Shown piece after piece: positions 45,311 to 59,285 of a stretch of 64,000 bases of DNA. The translations under genes and the position numbers were made by a program. This stretch comes from the human T2T-CHM13v2.0 reference genome, Homo sapiens, in NCBI RefSeq assembly GCF_009914755.1, contig NC_060925.1; one strand, written 5' to 3'. The stretch's first letter is position 1. Each line of letters opens with the position of its first letter. The notes under the pieces are model-generated. The model did no database searches and had not been told where the DNA came from. It saw only the letters and a program-made list of their open reading frames with translations.

Positions 45311-48148
45311 AATTGACAGTAGTTCTTAATGTGGTTTCTGGGGTGCAGCACCTGCCAATGTCTTCTGCCTCCTGCATCTTGTTCTCACGTTCTGTGCTCT
45401 GGCTATCACGCTCCAACCTTCCATGCTCACGTCCTCCTCATGCTAGTCCCTATGTCTGAATTGCCCTCTCCTCATCTTCACATTGTCAACTGCCAGTCAT
45501 CTTTCAGATATGAGTTCAACAGTCACTGCTTCAAGGAAGCTTCTGGAACAGGTTTTCTCACTGTAGACCAAGACCATGTTGGGGCCTCTCCTCAGACTGC
45601 TCTGCCTTTTCCTTCATGGTACCATCATATCCATAGTTATAGACTGAATTTTTATGTGGTTATCTGGTGAATGTCTATCTCTTCTACTAGAGTGAGCTCT
45701 CCATGATGAAGAACAACGTTTGCTTAAATGACATTTTATCTCCAAGATCTAGTGTAGTGATTGACTCATAGTTTTTGAATGAATGAGCAGTGAGTAGCTG
45801 ACAAAGATAAGGGGATTATTACACTCTTGCATAGTGGGAAAATGTATTCCATAAAATTTTGCTGACTCTCTTCCATGTGCCAGTGCTGCGCTGGGTGTTG
45901 GGGATGCAGCACAGAACAAAGTAGGGGTGGGAAGAGGTGAGATGCAAATGCACAACTTTCCACTTTATATCTGTGCTTAGTCCAGTGGACAGCGAGGGTT
46001 TCTCTCTTAGTGAGCCTGGCTTGGCTTCCCAGGTGTAGAGAAAGCAACTATTTTGTCTAGAATTTTCTGTCATGGTTTCCCAATATGGTCATTAGTGAGA
46101 AGGTATTAAGTCTGCAAAACTGAGGCTTTATACCAGGTACCCCTCAAAGTCACTATGGCCAATTAAGAGCTTTTTATGCAAGAAGGACATTTTCTAATTG
46201 GCTTATATCTTTCTTCTCTCCACATTCCAATCCATCTAATATTAAACACCAGCAATTGTGCTGCTTTTTCTATTATCCATACTTTACTAATTATTTGCCC
46301 TCATACACTGCTAATTATGAGTTTTGTTTAATCCTTTCTGTTCAAATTTGCATACGTAGTATTCTTATTTTTTTCCTCTCAAATGACCATTGTGTTAAAA
46401 CATGTACAAGGCAGTCATACTACAAGCTATTAGGGTAATTAATCTAGTTTCCATTTCTGTTTGCCTGTTTGTTTTATTGCACTGACTAGCGTTACAGGTG
46501 AAGGATAGAAACTTCACTGAATCTGGACTTACATGTATTCCTTTAAGCACAATGTCCAGTACAGCTCCATTGTATAAAAGCACCAATATCTGATAATAAG
46601 GTGTCATAAGTCACAGAATCCCATAATGACAAGATACTTGGGGACAATCTATCTGGTTCCCTTATTTTGCAGATGAGAAAACAGAGATCCATTGAGATTA
46701 GATAACATGTCTTTTGAATCTGGGACAAAATCCCAGGTTCTCCTGATTCCCATTCCATGTGCTTTTGATATTTCATTCTATTCTTCATACTACTTTTCAA
46801 ATCTTTATGAAGTGAGAGATTTCCCCTTACTAGCAAGAGTAGACCTTTGACCAAAAAGCTGAAAAAGAGAAGTGCTGTTAAAACCTCCCTCTGTGCTTTT
46901 GTGCCACAAGGCCTTTTTCACATCGTTTAGAGAAAGGAGATTGCATTGCAGGTTGCTCCTTTGTGGCATTTAGGGATCATTTCTCTGTGAGAATAAGACC
47001 CTCAGTGGAACTGTTGATTGCGTGGTATATGGTGATTGATGGATATCAATTTCTGCTTACATATCTCTGCTCTATGACATCATGCATTTGGAGACATGCC
47101 TCCAAACACACAAGGTTGGCCAAGGGAAAGAAAGACATTTCTCAGCCCAGCCTGTTGACTAAATAGCCATTATATTCTTGAAACCAAGATGATATTGTTT
47201 CTCTGAGCTTTTTCTCAGGTTGCTACCCTCAGCTTGGTCTGGAGGCACTAAGAATGCTTTTGCTATACTACTTGAACATGCCCAGTTGCAACTTCTGAGT
47301 TTCGTTAGTGGCTTACCAACAACTTTCTGGCACAAAACAAAAGAATGCCTTCCTGAATGGTAAGTCGGGAAAGCCCAGCACCTGCTCTGCCTTTGTATTC
47401 TCCCCTCCAGCACCCTGGGGATAACTGCTTTGCAGAACAGGAGCTGGTCTGTGCTGGCTGCCAAATGGAGAACCCTGATTAGAATAATGCCCAGCAGGTT
47501 TCTGCTCTCTCTTCTCCTTTCCCACCCTTAAACAAACTAGAGGATGGCTGTTGCTAAGGGCCAAAATAACAAGACCTGCGTGCTTTTAACCGTTATTTTA
47601 ACAATTAAATTAACGGCTTTTTAATTGTTATTTGGAAGTCCATGAACCGTCATCCACGGGAAGGAAAATTCAAGATACTGGAAAAGTTAAGGTAACTTCC
47701 TGAACTTAAAGAAAGAGAGCAATTTATTCAAAGAATGAACAAGGAATAAATACATTTATATCTGAGAAGAAACATTCTCTGTTTTAACTAATATTGGCCA
47801 GATCAGACAGTGTGTGAGTGTGGTCAGTAATCCAGTCAAAGTGGGTGATTTAAACACTGTTTTAAATTAGGATTTGAACTTGGGGCTAGGTGGGGCTTTG
47901 ACTCTTTTAGTATCTTTACTTTTTCTCATTATATAGATGAGGGAGCTGCTTCTCCGGGCTTCTTCTTTCTTCCCTTTCCTTCCATTCCTCTCGCATCCTC
48001 TTCTCCTCCTAAAGCTTAAGCAGAGCCCGAGTTGGGGAATAAACAGCAACTACTGAAGTGTCCATTGTTCCCCCACTTCAAGTCCTGCATAAATGTAATG
48101 ATGGTAGTTCCCAAACAAAATACTTCCTCACTGACCAGACACAATCTA

Positions 48149-48782
48149 TGTAGGGTCAAAGGGCCCTCTGAAGGTTTGCTGAAAAATCAACTCTTGAAAG
48201 GCAGACTGATAGGAGAAAAGGTATACAAATTTATTTAACATGCATACATGGAGGGTCTTCAGAATGAACACCCAAGGATACAGAGGAAATCGTCCATTTT
48301 TATGCTTGGGTTAAACAAAATATGGACAGCCGTGTAGAAATATGATTAGGCAAAAGGGTTATGGTCTAACGCTAATAGACTGAGTGGGGAAATCCAGCAA
48401 GGCCTGTCTGCCTAGATTCTTCTCGGCCTCTCTGATCATCCCTTCTTTCCTTTTAAAAAGGTGGGGTGGGGCCCTTTCTGGAATGGGGGTCTTATGACCT
48501 ACAGTCAAACAAGGTAGGTCAGATCATTTCTTTATGGCCAGGTTTTACACAGAAAGGGAGAGGGAAAATGAGAATAATATTTTTAGGTCTTATGGCTGGC
48601 TTTGGGGCAAAGGGGTTTTGTCCTGGAGACCCGCTAGAAAAGAGGGATTCCAGTTTCTATGCTAGCCTTAGGAGAGAATAAGAGTGAGACAGGAGGGCAG
48701 GAGAAGGTCAGAGAAAAACGTCTGCTTTCTGAGGCTGTTGCTGAGGCTGTCGTTTTGGGGTATTCTTTCTTGAGGCCCAACA
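48149..48782 (-). mobile_element. MER39-like solo LTR (ERV1)
   Basis: TG...CA termini and a 4-bp TSD TCTA on both sides. CCCTCTGAAGGTTTGCTGAAAAATCAACT...GGAGAAAAGGTATACAAATTTATT...GGAGAAGGTCAGAGA. Confidence 0.85.
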
Positions 48783-49342
48783 TCTATACAGATTTCAGTA
48801 GATAACATGTGTCAACTGAAAATGCTTTTCACGTGAAAATTCCAATGACAGGTCATTTAAGAATTCTAAAAATACTGTCTATCTTCTCTTATGCATTCTT
48901 TCTTGGGGACACATTTTTGTAAGAAAATGTGAACTCAATAGGAAAGTTAGACACAGGTAAGTTAGAAGAGTTAGATATGTAATGAAGTCAAAGGAGAGGC
49001 AAAAAACTATCTGTATTTTTTGTTGGTATTCAACCAACAAAAAAGCTAAAAGTATAACAAAATAAAAACAAAAATCTTAGAAGATAGTGTCTTTATCATC
49101 CAGAGTGGTCAAGCTGTAATCTTGGCCAAAGAAGTAAAGGTGCATTAGAATGGAATATTACCTTGTTCTGTCTATAAATTGTTTTATTTTTTTTTTCTTT
49201 GGATGAGATCAGATACTTCTTAGAACACAACTTGATGAGGTCTTGTTAGAATAGAGAGGAATGGAGAAGCAGAGGGCATTAGGATATTGGAAAACATTGC
49301 AAGACCCAGCAGTTTTAAAAGCACTTTTTTCCCCATCCCTAT

Positions 49343-49392
49343 AAAAAAAAAAAAAAAAAAAAAAGAGAGAGAGAGAGAGGGAGCGAGAGGGA
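49343..49392. repeat. Poly-A plus (GA)n
   Basis: Seen directly. Confidence 0.9.
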
Positions 49393-50246
49393 GATGATCT
49401 CATTCGATCCTGTGAAGGACTGCTACTCAGTAAGGAAGAAGTCCTGGGCAGTGTGAATCAGTTCAAGTCAACATCAGTGATGACTTATGTTCTGGGCATT
49501 TAGGGGAGGGTGGAATTCCACACCATCCTGCTGGTAACCTCAGAAGGCTTGTGCTCACAGTGACTGTATCCCTTAAGGCAGTTAGAGGCTGAGAATGTAG
49601 ATGGAGTAATGATGATACAAATGTTACTAAACTTTGTCCTCTGAGAGGAGCCTGGAGTGTTGCAGTATAGGAAGCTGTTGATTATCAAATGATTTTTCCC
49701 TCTTGGAACCTTAAGAAGAAAACACTAGTGTGTGTCTTCAGTAAGTCCTCTGATTTATAGGGCGCTGATAATTGATTCAAGAAAAAGAAAGTATAGATTT
49801 ATATATACACACACATATAATACCTATGCATGTATATCATATGTATATGCATGTTTATGTATGCTTTGTGTATGTGTAAACATCTTTTGGTAAAACTTAT
49901 TAATGAAATATGAAGTTGATGTAAATATCTTTGGGCTGAAAACAGTTCATATATATATAACAATTAATAAGGGCATAATTTTTCACTTTGCAAAACATTT
50001 TTTTCCTTCACAAAATGATTCCTCACAAGATTATAAATGAATGAACTAATAAACTTCCACATGTCTCTTAAAATAGGATTTGCTATATTAGTATTTATTA
50101 TAATAATAATAAAATTAACATTTTTAAACCTTTTGTGCCAAGTACTGAGCTGAGGGCTTTATGTGAACTACCTCATTTCTGTCTCCCAGTCACGCTAGGA
50201 TGTAAGGTAACATCATTATCCTCTGCATTTGAAAACTTGAGGTTTA

Positions 50247-50341
50247 CACCTGTTCCCAAAAATCTATTGAAATAAAATAAAAATTAAAAAAATTTTAAAA
50301 AGATATTCAGCCTAGTTGAAAAGCAAACAAACAAACAAACC
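50247..50341 (+). mobile_element. Extremely 5'-truncated L1PB-type 3' end inside a MIR
   Basis: CACCTGTTCCCAAAAATCTATTGAAATAAAA plus tails. Perfect 11-bp TSD CTTGAGGTTTA at 50236-50246 and 50342-50352. Host MIR at ~50095-50430 (-). Confidence 0.8.
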
Positions 50342-52720
50342 CTTGAGGTTTAGAAAATTTCATAACTCTCCCAGAGTCACACCTTAATAAGAGATGTAGC
50401 TGGGATTCTGACCCCATAGCCTGTACCTCCCTCTTCTCAACAGTATTTCTATATTTTGGGATACCATGACTCTTATGCAAAGCAACTCATCTGTACAAAT
50501 AGCTTGGGCCAAAGCAATCAATCATGTAACAAAGGTGTAAATAGAAATAAAAATATTAACCCTTGGCTTGGATCCAAATGTCATTCATTTTAGCCAATGT
50601 TTTCCTTTCCATCATTAAGAATTCTGCTTTTTTTTTTTTTAAGTTTGGGAAAATCTGATATCAAATAAATTCATTGCATTCTTTCTGCATAACCATGTGG
50701 TAAATGCTAGTCCCGGGCATGGAAAGACAGGCACAGTAAGCAAAGACAGAATGAGGAAAAACTGTGAATCTAGATTTTTTCCTCTGTGTAAGAAAGTATA
50801 GTTCCCTTGGTAGAGAATGCAGAGACTAAAGCCTTTGACTATTGGACAAGAAACTGTTGACATTGCTGTAGTGAATCATCCGTCATACACAGCTCTTAAT
50901 GGGGATGGGACAAATTACAGCATTTCATGATGCTGCCCAAAGATAATTCAGTCTAGCACCTGGATTGTTTGGAAATCCACTGGATCCCTCCTTGACTCTC
51001 ACATGCTCATCCTGCATATACACTCCTTGTATAGCAACAAGCATGAGATTGAGCGATAGAGTTGGACAAATGACCAATATTTATTCAGTTAATAAAATAC
51101 AGAGTTGTTTTCCTAGAAACACCAGCAAGGCAAAGGGAAACAGAGAGAGGAATCCTGCTCCTGCCAGAGAGATGAATGGGTGTGAGAAAATGTGAGGGAG
51201 ACTCATTGCATAAACATAACTGAGGCTAAAGATCGCTGCAGCCCCAGCCAGGCTAAAACATGGAGAAGATGACCATGCGAGGCTGGGCAAGTGGGGTGCT
51301 ATCTACCGAGGAGTGGGTAGGACAAGGGGTCCAGGCCCCATGCTTATCTATTAGGTGAAGTTTTGATCTCAAGGCTGGGAAAGACATGGCCAGAAATAAA
51401 TGTTTAGGACATAACATTCTTTCCATGTTAGGACACCACATTCTTGCTATTTGGTGACAAATGACTGAACCGGGAGCTTGGTCCCATTTATGATCTAATT
51501 CTATAAAAATGAAATCCCGGGCATCTGGTTCAGAGCATTCCAGGAAAGAGTTAAAGCCCAATATTGCTGCCTCACTCTGTTCTTCCTTTTTGGTGAATGA
51601 TAGGCTAGGACGTGAACTTGCTGCCTTCTGGAAGTGCTTTCTCTTTCTTTCTGTGGATTTTATTTTCTGCCTTCTATGGGAGAGAACAGCTCTCTTGCCT
51701 TTCCACTTCCCCTGGGCTTGAAAACACTCATAGTAGAACATATACCTTCTATCTGAAGACAACATATAGAAGGTAAAAGAAATGGAAAATCATCTGCATA
51801 AAGAAGAAAAACAGAGAGTGAGTGAGCATATGGGCGTGTCTGAGTGTGCGTGTTCAGTGTAGGAAGTGTCTGAAGAGAAGTCCAGCTACAAGAACTTGCT
51901 GCAATAATTCTCTAACAGCATGAACAAAGACTCCAATAATAAATGGTGACATTTACACAAATATTTGTGGTTGTGCTTTCCATTTCTTCTTATAGGAAAC
52001 AAGTAAGATTTTTAAATGCTTTAGTGATGTGATCAGTAGACAGTAGTGGGAAAGAATTTCCCTGAAACCTGACTTGCAATCAAAATAAGGAAGGAAGATC
52101 TGAGAGAATTGAGAATATTTCAGCTAATCAGGATATGGCACTTTCCGGCATCTGGGTGTCCAAACAAGTGTTTTGAATTCAATACTATTAACATGTGTCA
52201 CTTTAATGAATATTTTCCTTTGAAGTTGATTGGATGGTTACATTTTTGGCAATAATCTTGTGGTCTGTTGCTTACATTACCTGACCCACAGTCCATTTTC
52301 CTTGTGTTGGCTGTGGGAAAGAAAAAGAGTGAAAAATATCTCAGAACCTGGGAAACAGCACTGAGAATGCGACTCATCTTTTAGTTAAACCACTTCAGAT
52401 AGAAGCTCTCTAAGGATTGCCTCCTCACTGTCTGTGATATGTGTAACCAAAAAAAAGAAATAAGTTCCCCCGGTGTCAAAAAGATAAGGGGAAAAATCCA
52501 CAAAATGAGATGAGGCTATTTTTCTTTTTTAAGCCTGAAATAGGAGGTCAGTCCTTTGCACTCTTCCTTTTGACTTCTAACAAAACCAATCACAGTCAAG
52601 CTATTCTCTTGAGTTAAAAAGTGTTTTCAGGAAGTCTATAACATGTTCTAATTGATTATTTAAAAATCCCCACACAGGAACATCCCCTCATGGTCTGAAT
52701 GTCTTTTTAGCCCTCTGCTA

Positions 52721-53209
<489 letters not shown>

Positions 53210-53216
53210 CTAGTGA

Positions 53217-53410
53217 TGTGTGTGTATATGTGTATGTGTTTGTGTGTGTGTGAATATGTTATGCATGTGGGTATATGTGTGAATATGCGTATGTGAGTAT
53301 ATACATATATGCATATATACGTGAATGTGTGTGTGTTTATGTGTATATGTACATGTGTATGTGTATGTGAGTATATGGGTGTATATAAGTGTACCTCTAT
53401 ATGTGACTGT
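53217..53410. repeat. Degenerate (TG)/(TA) low-complexity tract
   Basis: Seen directly. Confidence 0.85.
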
Positions 53411-53454
53411 ATTTTCTATAAGACTCTAGGCTCTTTCAGGCAGTTTATCAGAAT

Positions 53455-53690
53455 ATTTAAAGGCATAGACTTTGGAATTATAGAACAAGGGTTAAATCGA
53501 GGTGCCATCATTCTCTAGCTGCATGACTGACTGCAGACATGCTGCTTAATCTGTCTTGGCCTCCGTTTCTTCACCTGTAAATGGTGATGATAGTAACACC
53601 CATCTTATTAAGATTGCTGCCATGAGAGGGTATGTGAGAAGTGATTTGCACAGTGCTTGATATAAGCAGTTCTCAATAGTGAGATCTTAG
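53455..53690 (+). mobile_element. MIR
   Basis: CATAGACTTTGGAATTA...CCTCCGTTTCTTCACCTGTAAATGGTGATGATAGTA...CACAGTGCTTGATATAAG. Confidence 0.75.
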
Positions 53691-54864
53691 ATATCATTAA
53701 TCGGCAATCTCCTCCCTCCACAGATCCAAGAGCAATTTTCCTCTCCCCTCCCCTCCTCTCTCTTCCCCTCTCTTTTCCTTCTTTCTTTCAGGTGGATGTT
53801 TCATGTATGTAGCTGATAGTCTGACTCACAGCAGTGTGAGGATTTTCGTTTCAGAGAGCCGTCTCTCACAGCCATCCAGAGAAGCACTGTCACTCCTGGT
53901 TCTGCTTGTATAGCTTCCCACGTAAGGCTATGGGTGCACACGACACACAATTCTGTGGAACTAACACCGGAGTCCTGTATGCGGAGGGAGGGATTCTCCC
54001 TCCCTCCACACCATGCGGCCCAGAGCACAGAAAGTCCTCTACAGATGGAGAGGAAAGAAGCCAAATCTAAGGAATGCAATGGGCTTTTAGTTCCAGGGGA
54101 TCATTTTGTTTCATACAGACTTTAAATACCATCGAGTGGCCTCTTAAGTTCCCACGTGTTCCACTAAGACTCTGTAAGACAGAGACTTAGAAGGCACATG
54201 GCCCTTCCCACTTGAGATACATTACCATGCTGGTTTGTTTAAATGCTTTCCTGTGGGATGAATTCTCTCTGGTTGATCATGGCAGTCACTTTCTAGCCAC
54301 CTTTCATATCTTCAGTTTTTGTGTTTTCTAAATTTCCTTTGTAGGGAATGTCATATTTGGAAAGCCAAATTACTTAATTATGGGTTCAGAATTAATTATT
54401 GATTCATTCAACAAATATTTATTGAATACCGTCTAGGTGGTAGGTACTGGGATGAATACTAGAAGAGAGTTGCTAAAGACACCTTCCTGACCTTCAAAGT
54501 ACTCACAGTGCAGTTGAGGAAAAAGAGAAGTAAGTGAGTGATTTCAATGTAGTGTAGTAAGTGCTGTGATGATTGTGGTAGCACAGGGTTTAAGGGATGG
54601 TGGGCAGAGAAAGGAGAGGTTATGTATTCTGGGTCACAGAGCTTGTGGGGTAGAGGCAGGATTCAATCTCAGTGTCTATGACTATGAAATCTGTGCATGT
54701 ATACACTAAGATTGATGACTCCTCAGTTGCCCACGTCACTGACTTTGAATAATTAGTAAATAATACTTAGATTCAGAGATAAAATAATAACATGATCATA
54801 CTCATGTGGGCCATTTCAGTGGAAAATGTGAAATTATGCATTATTTTTAAGAACGAAAATTTTA

Positions 54865-55228
<364 letters not shown>

Positions 55229-55279
55229 TTATAATGTGTCTGTCATGTCTATATCCAATTGCACATAAATGAAACCTTC

Positions 55280-56060
55280 AGGAGATCAGGAGATTATCCT
55301 ATCTGTTAGAATTGTGTTTGGCTACGTGTAACAGAAATTTGACAGTTCAGAGCTGGCAATCACTCAAGGAAGCCATCAGGGGCACAGCCTCTTTTTTTTT
55401 TTTTTTTTTTGAATTGAGGTCTTACTCTACTGCCCAGGCTGGAGTGTAGGAGTATGATCATAGCTCGCCATAACCTCAAACTGAGCTCAAGTAATCCTCC
55501 TGCTTCAGCCTCTCAAGTAGCTGGGACTACAGGTGCATGACACAATGCCCGGCTAATTTTTTTCTTTTTGAAGAGACAGGGCTCCGCCATGTTGCCCAGG
55601 TTTGTCTCAAACTCCTGGGCTCAAACAATCCTCCCATCTTGGCCTCCCAAAGCGTTGGGATTACAGGTGTTAGCCACCATGCCCAGCCAAGGGCACAGGC
55701 TTTTTCAAACTTCCTGTCCCATCATTCTAACCATGTGCTTTGCATCCTTACATAGATGACTACTTCACTTCCAGCTATTGCATCTCTATTCAGGATGGAG
55801 AAAAAGGGAGCAGAGCTAAGAGTAAAAGATGCCTGCCAGCTGAGCTTGGTCTTTTTATTAGGAAAACAACCCTATCACCTTGCACTTTAATTTCAATGTC
55901 CTGTGCTGGGTAAGAAAACCACCTTGAGCTGCAAAGAGTCTGGAAAGCTGAATTCTTTTACTGGGCTAAACTGCTGCCCTAAACAAAATCTGGGCTCTGT
56001 TAGTAATGAAGACTGGAAGAATGCATATTGAATATGCAGCCAGCACTGTCTGCCACATTC
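55280..56060 (-). mobile_element. MLT1J/K-like old MaLR LTR interrupted by an AluJ
   Basis: GTTAGAATTGTGTTTGGCTACGTGTAACAGAAA...AGCTGCAAAGAGTCTGGAAAG...CAAAATCTGGGCTCTGTTAGTAA...TGTCTGCCACA. Confidence 0.65.
55392..55688 (-). mobile_element. AluJ
   Basis: ATCATAGCTC...CTCCTGGGCTCAAAC. TSD GGGCACAG(C/G)CT. Confidence 0.93.
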
Positions 56061-56681
56061 TCCTAAGTAGGTTAAATATTCACTTAAACTCATGTTTATA
56101 CCACTCACTCTCATAGAATAGATTAAAATATATATGGGGCAAAAATACACTTCAATTCAGGCTTTGTTTGAATTATCACATAGTCTAAATAAGTTGAGTG
56201 TAAGTTACAGAATTTGACTGCACAAGGGGAACAGATACTTTTTTTTTTTTTTACCTTTTTTTTGTATTGCTACAGTCACAAAATGTTCTTTTTTGGTGAC
56301 AGTGAACTAGTTTCCCAGTTATTTTATGCTTTCAAATGAAATATTACCATGCTTCTTTTATTATCTGTTTTTTTAATTTCCTAATTTGTGCCATTAGGTA
56401 TTTTCCTTGGGTTGTAACCAGAGATTTTGTAAAATATGCCTTGAACTTGGAATAAAAATTAACAGAAAAAAACCGATAGGATTATGAACAAAGAAACCAA
56501 AGGATTTAATAATGAATCAATCAACACATATTTATTGAACATCTTTCATGGCTAAGACAATTACATTATAACACAAACCTTTATGATTTCCCTCAGCACC
56601 TGGCATACTGGCACATGATGGTCAATAAATGCTATGACTGACAAAATTGCATCTGCCAGAAGATTTAAATAGTTAGATAAA

Positions 56682-57030
56682 TGTATTAGTCCATTTTAAT
56701 ACTGCTATGAAGAAATACCTGAGACTGGGTAATTGATAAAGAAAAAGAGGTTTAATGGACTCACAGCTCCACATGGCTGAGGAGGGCTCACAATCATGGC
56801 AGAAGGTGAAGGAGGAGCAAAGGTGTATCTTACGTGGCAGCAGGCAAGAGAATGTGTGCAGGGGAACTGCCCTTTATAAAACCATTAGATCTCATGAGAC
56901 TTATTCACTATCACTAGAACGGCATGGGAAAAACCCGCCTCCATGATTCAATTACCTCCCATCCAGTCCTTCCTATGACACATGGGGATTATGGAGCTAT
57001 AATTCAAGATGAGATTTGGGTGGGGACACA
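56682..57030 (-). mobile_element. THE1B/C-like solo LTR (5' terminus clipped)
   Basis: TGTATTAGTCCATTTT...GAAATACCTGAGACTGGGTAA...GAGATTTGGGTGGGGACACA. Confidence 0.92.
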
Positions 57031-57133
57031 AATATGTAATTTTGTAATAGAATGTAATTTCACCTATCATCATCATCATCACAGTCTTTACTAATGGGAA
57101 ATTACAGAATGCCAGTTTTAAAGTGAAGTTGCC

Positions 57134-57435
57134 AGCTGAGCGTGGTGGCTCATGCTTGTAATCCCAGCACTTTGGGAGGCCGAGGCGGGTGGATCACGAG
57201 GTCAGGAGATCGAGACCATCCTGGCTAACACAGTTAAACCCCATCTCTACTAAAAGTACAAAAAATAAGCCAGGCGTGGTGGCACACTCCTGTAGTCCCA
57301 GATACTCGAGAGGCTGAGGCAGGAGAATTGCTTGAACCGGGAGGTGGAGGTTGCAGTGAGCCAAGATCACGCCACTGCACTCCGGCCTGGGTGACAGAGC
57401 GAGACTCCGCCTCAAGGAAAAAAAAAAAAAAAAAA
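57134..57435 (+). mobile_element. AluSc8/Y-like
   Basis: Full dimer with AAAGTGAAGT on both flanks. Confidence 0.96.
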
Positions 57436-57593
57436 GTGAAGTAGGTGTAATCTGGGATTGTTCAGAGAAAAGAATAAAAGTTCTGAGCTGGTCAGGAGTC
57501 CTGCAAAAGAGAAGTGGAAATAAGCCTACCATCCACAAAGGATCTAATGAAGATCTTCCAGACATTGTGGTGCTGCCACTTTTATTGCTGATT

Positions 57594-57910
<317 letters not shown>

Positions 57911-57969
57911 TCAAGGAGAACTGAAATTTCAACATGTTTTGGAAGAAGACATGGTAATAAAAATATCAA

Positions 57970-58415
57970 TTGTTTCATTCAATCATTAACAAATATTTAT
58001 TGAGGGCCTGTGACTTGTCTGGCACTATGTTAAATGCTGTGAATATAGCAGTGAACAAAAACTAAGTTCCTGCTCTCATGAAGCATCCATTACGGTGAGA
58101 GGAGCCAGACAATTAGCAAATAAATAAATAAGTAAAAAGGCATGTACATAAAAACACACACAAAATCAGGTAGTGCTAAGTGCTTATAGGGAGGGTGCTA
58201 TTTCAGATAGGTTAGTTAGAAAAGGTCTGATAAGGGAACATTAGGACAGAAACCTGGAGATAAGGGAGTAAAATATGTCTCTCTGGAGAAAGAAGCTTCT
58301 GTAGTAGAAGGCAAAAGAGACAGGAGCTGCATGGCTTGTTAGAGAAACAGCATGTGGAAGATTCCGTGGATGAAAAAATGAGACAGGGTAGTTCAGAGGC
58401 CTGGTGCAATACTCC
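57970..58415 (-). mobile_element. L2a fragment
   Basis: CATTCAATCATTAACAAATATTTATTGAG...GGCACT...ATAGCAGTGAACAAAA...CCTGCTCTCATGAAGC. Confidence 0.8.
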
Positions 58416-58418
58416 AGG

Positions 58419-58822
58419 TGTTGTTTTTGAAACATTAGGGGTTTGATCTAGGTCCTACTTCTCGCCTCGCCACATAGCAAATCACTGAGACGTCAATTAT
58501 TGCCAAGGAAGAAAGCTTTAATTGGGTGCTGCAGCTGAGGAAATGGGAATTCAGTCTCAAATCCATCTCCATGATGGACTAAAACTAGGGCTTTCTATAG
58601 CAGGGAAGAAATGTAACATTGTGCAAGAAAACAGGAACTGGGGAAGGGCAAGAAGCAATCATGATGAATGAGGGGTACAGCATCTCATTGTTTTGATGTG
58701 GTGATCTGGTGAGCTTCAGTTTTTTGATACTTTTTTGTAGAGACCTGAAGGCCCTTTCCTGAGGAAGGAGCTCAGACAAAACAAATATGTTTCAAGCTTT
58801 AAGACCAGAAAGGTCAATTTCT
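58419..58822 (-). mobile_element. MER66-like LTR (ERV1), one end missing
   Basis: GGGGTTTGATCTAGGTCCT...AATCACTGAGAC...TATTGCCAAGGAAGAAAGCTTTAAT...CAGTCTCAAATCCATCTCC...GGTCAATTTCT. Confidence 0.78.
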
Positions 58823-58825
58823 TTC

Positions 58826-58856
<31 letters not shown>

Positions 58857-59285
58857 ACTTTCTTAAGTTTGGAGTTACCATTGCTGGTTTGTTACATAGG
58901 TAAACTTCTGTCATGGGGGTTGGTTGTACAGATTAGTTAATCACCTAGGTATTAAGCCTAGTATCCGTTAGTTGTTTTTCTTTATCCTCTCCCTCCTCCC
59001 ACCCTCTAACCTCCAATAAACCCCAGTGTGTGTTGTTCCCTTCTGCATCCCTGTAAGAACCTGCAATATTTGATTTTCTGTTCCTGTTAGTTTGTTAAGG
59101 ATAATGACCTCCAGGTCCATCCATGTCCCTGCAAAGGACATGATCTTATTCTTTTTTTATGGCTGCATAGTATTTCATGGTGGATAAGTACCACATTTTT
59201 CTTTATCCAGTCTATTATTAGTGGGTATTTAGGTTGATTTCATGTCTTTGCTATTGTGAATAGTGCTGTAATAAACATATGTGTG
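58823..59285 (-). mobile_element. L1PA13-like 3' end
   Basis: Poly-T followed by GGTTTGTTACATAGGTAAAC...CCTCTCCCTCCTCCCACCCTC...CCATGTCCCTGCAAAGGACATGAT...GCTATTGTGAATAGTGCTG. Confidence 0.9.

Noticed and set aside
49487-49645. C-box (RTGATGA) and D-box (CTGA) words suggesting a snoRNA
   Set aside because: No convincing terminal stem and no recognisable rRNA guide. These short motifs occur often by chance.
51253-51765. Longest non-repeat ORF (170 aa, minus strand)
   Set aside because: No recognisable domain, non-ATG start and no supporting exon structure. An ORF of this length is plausible by chance in 64 kb.
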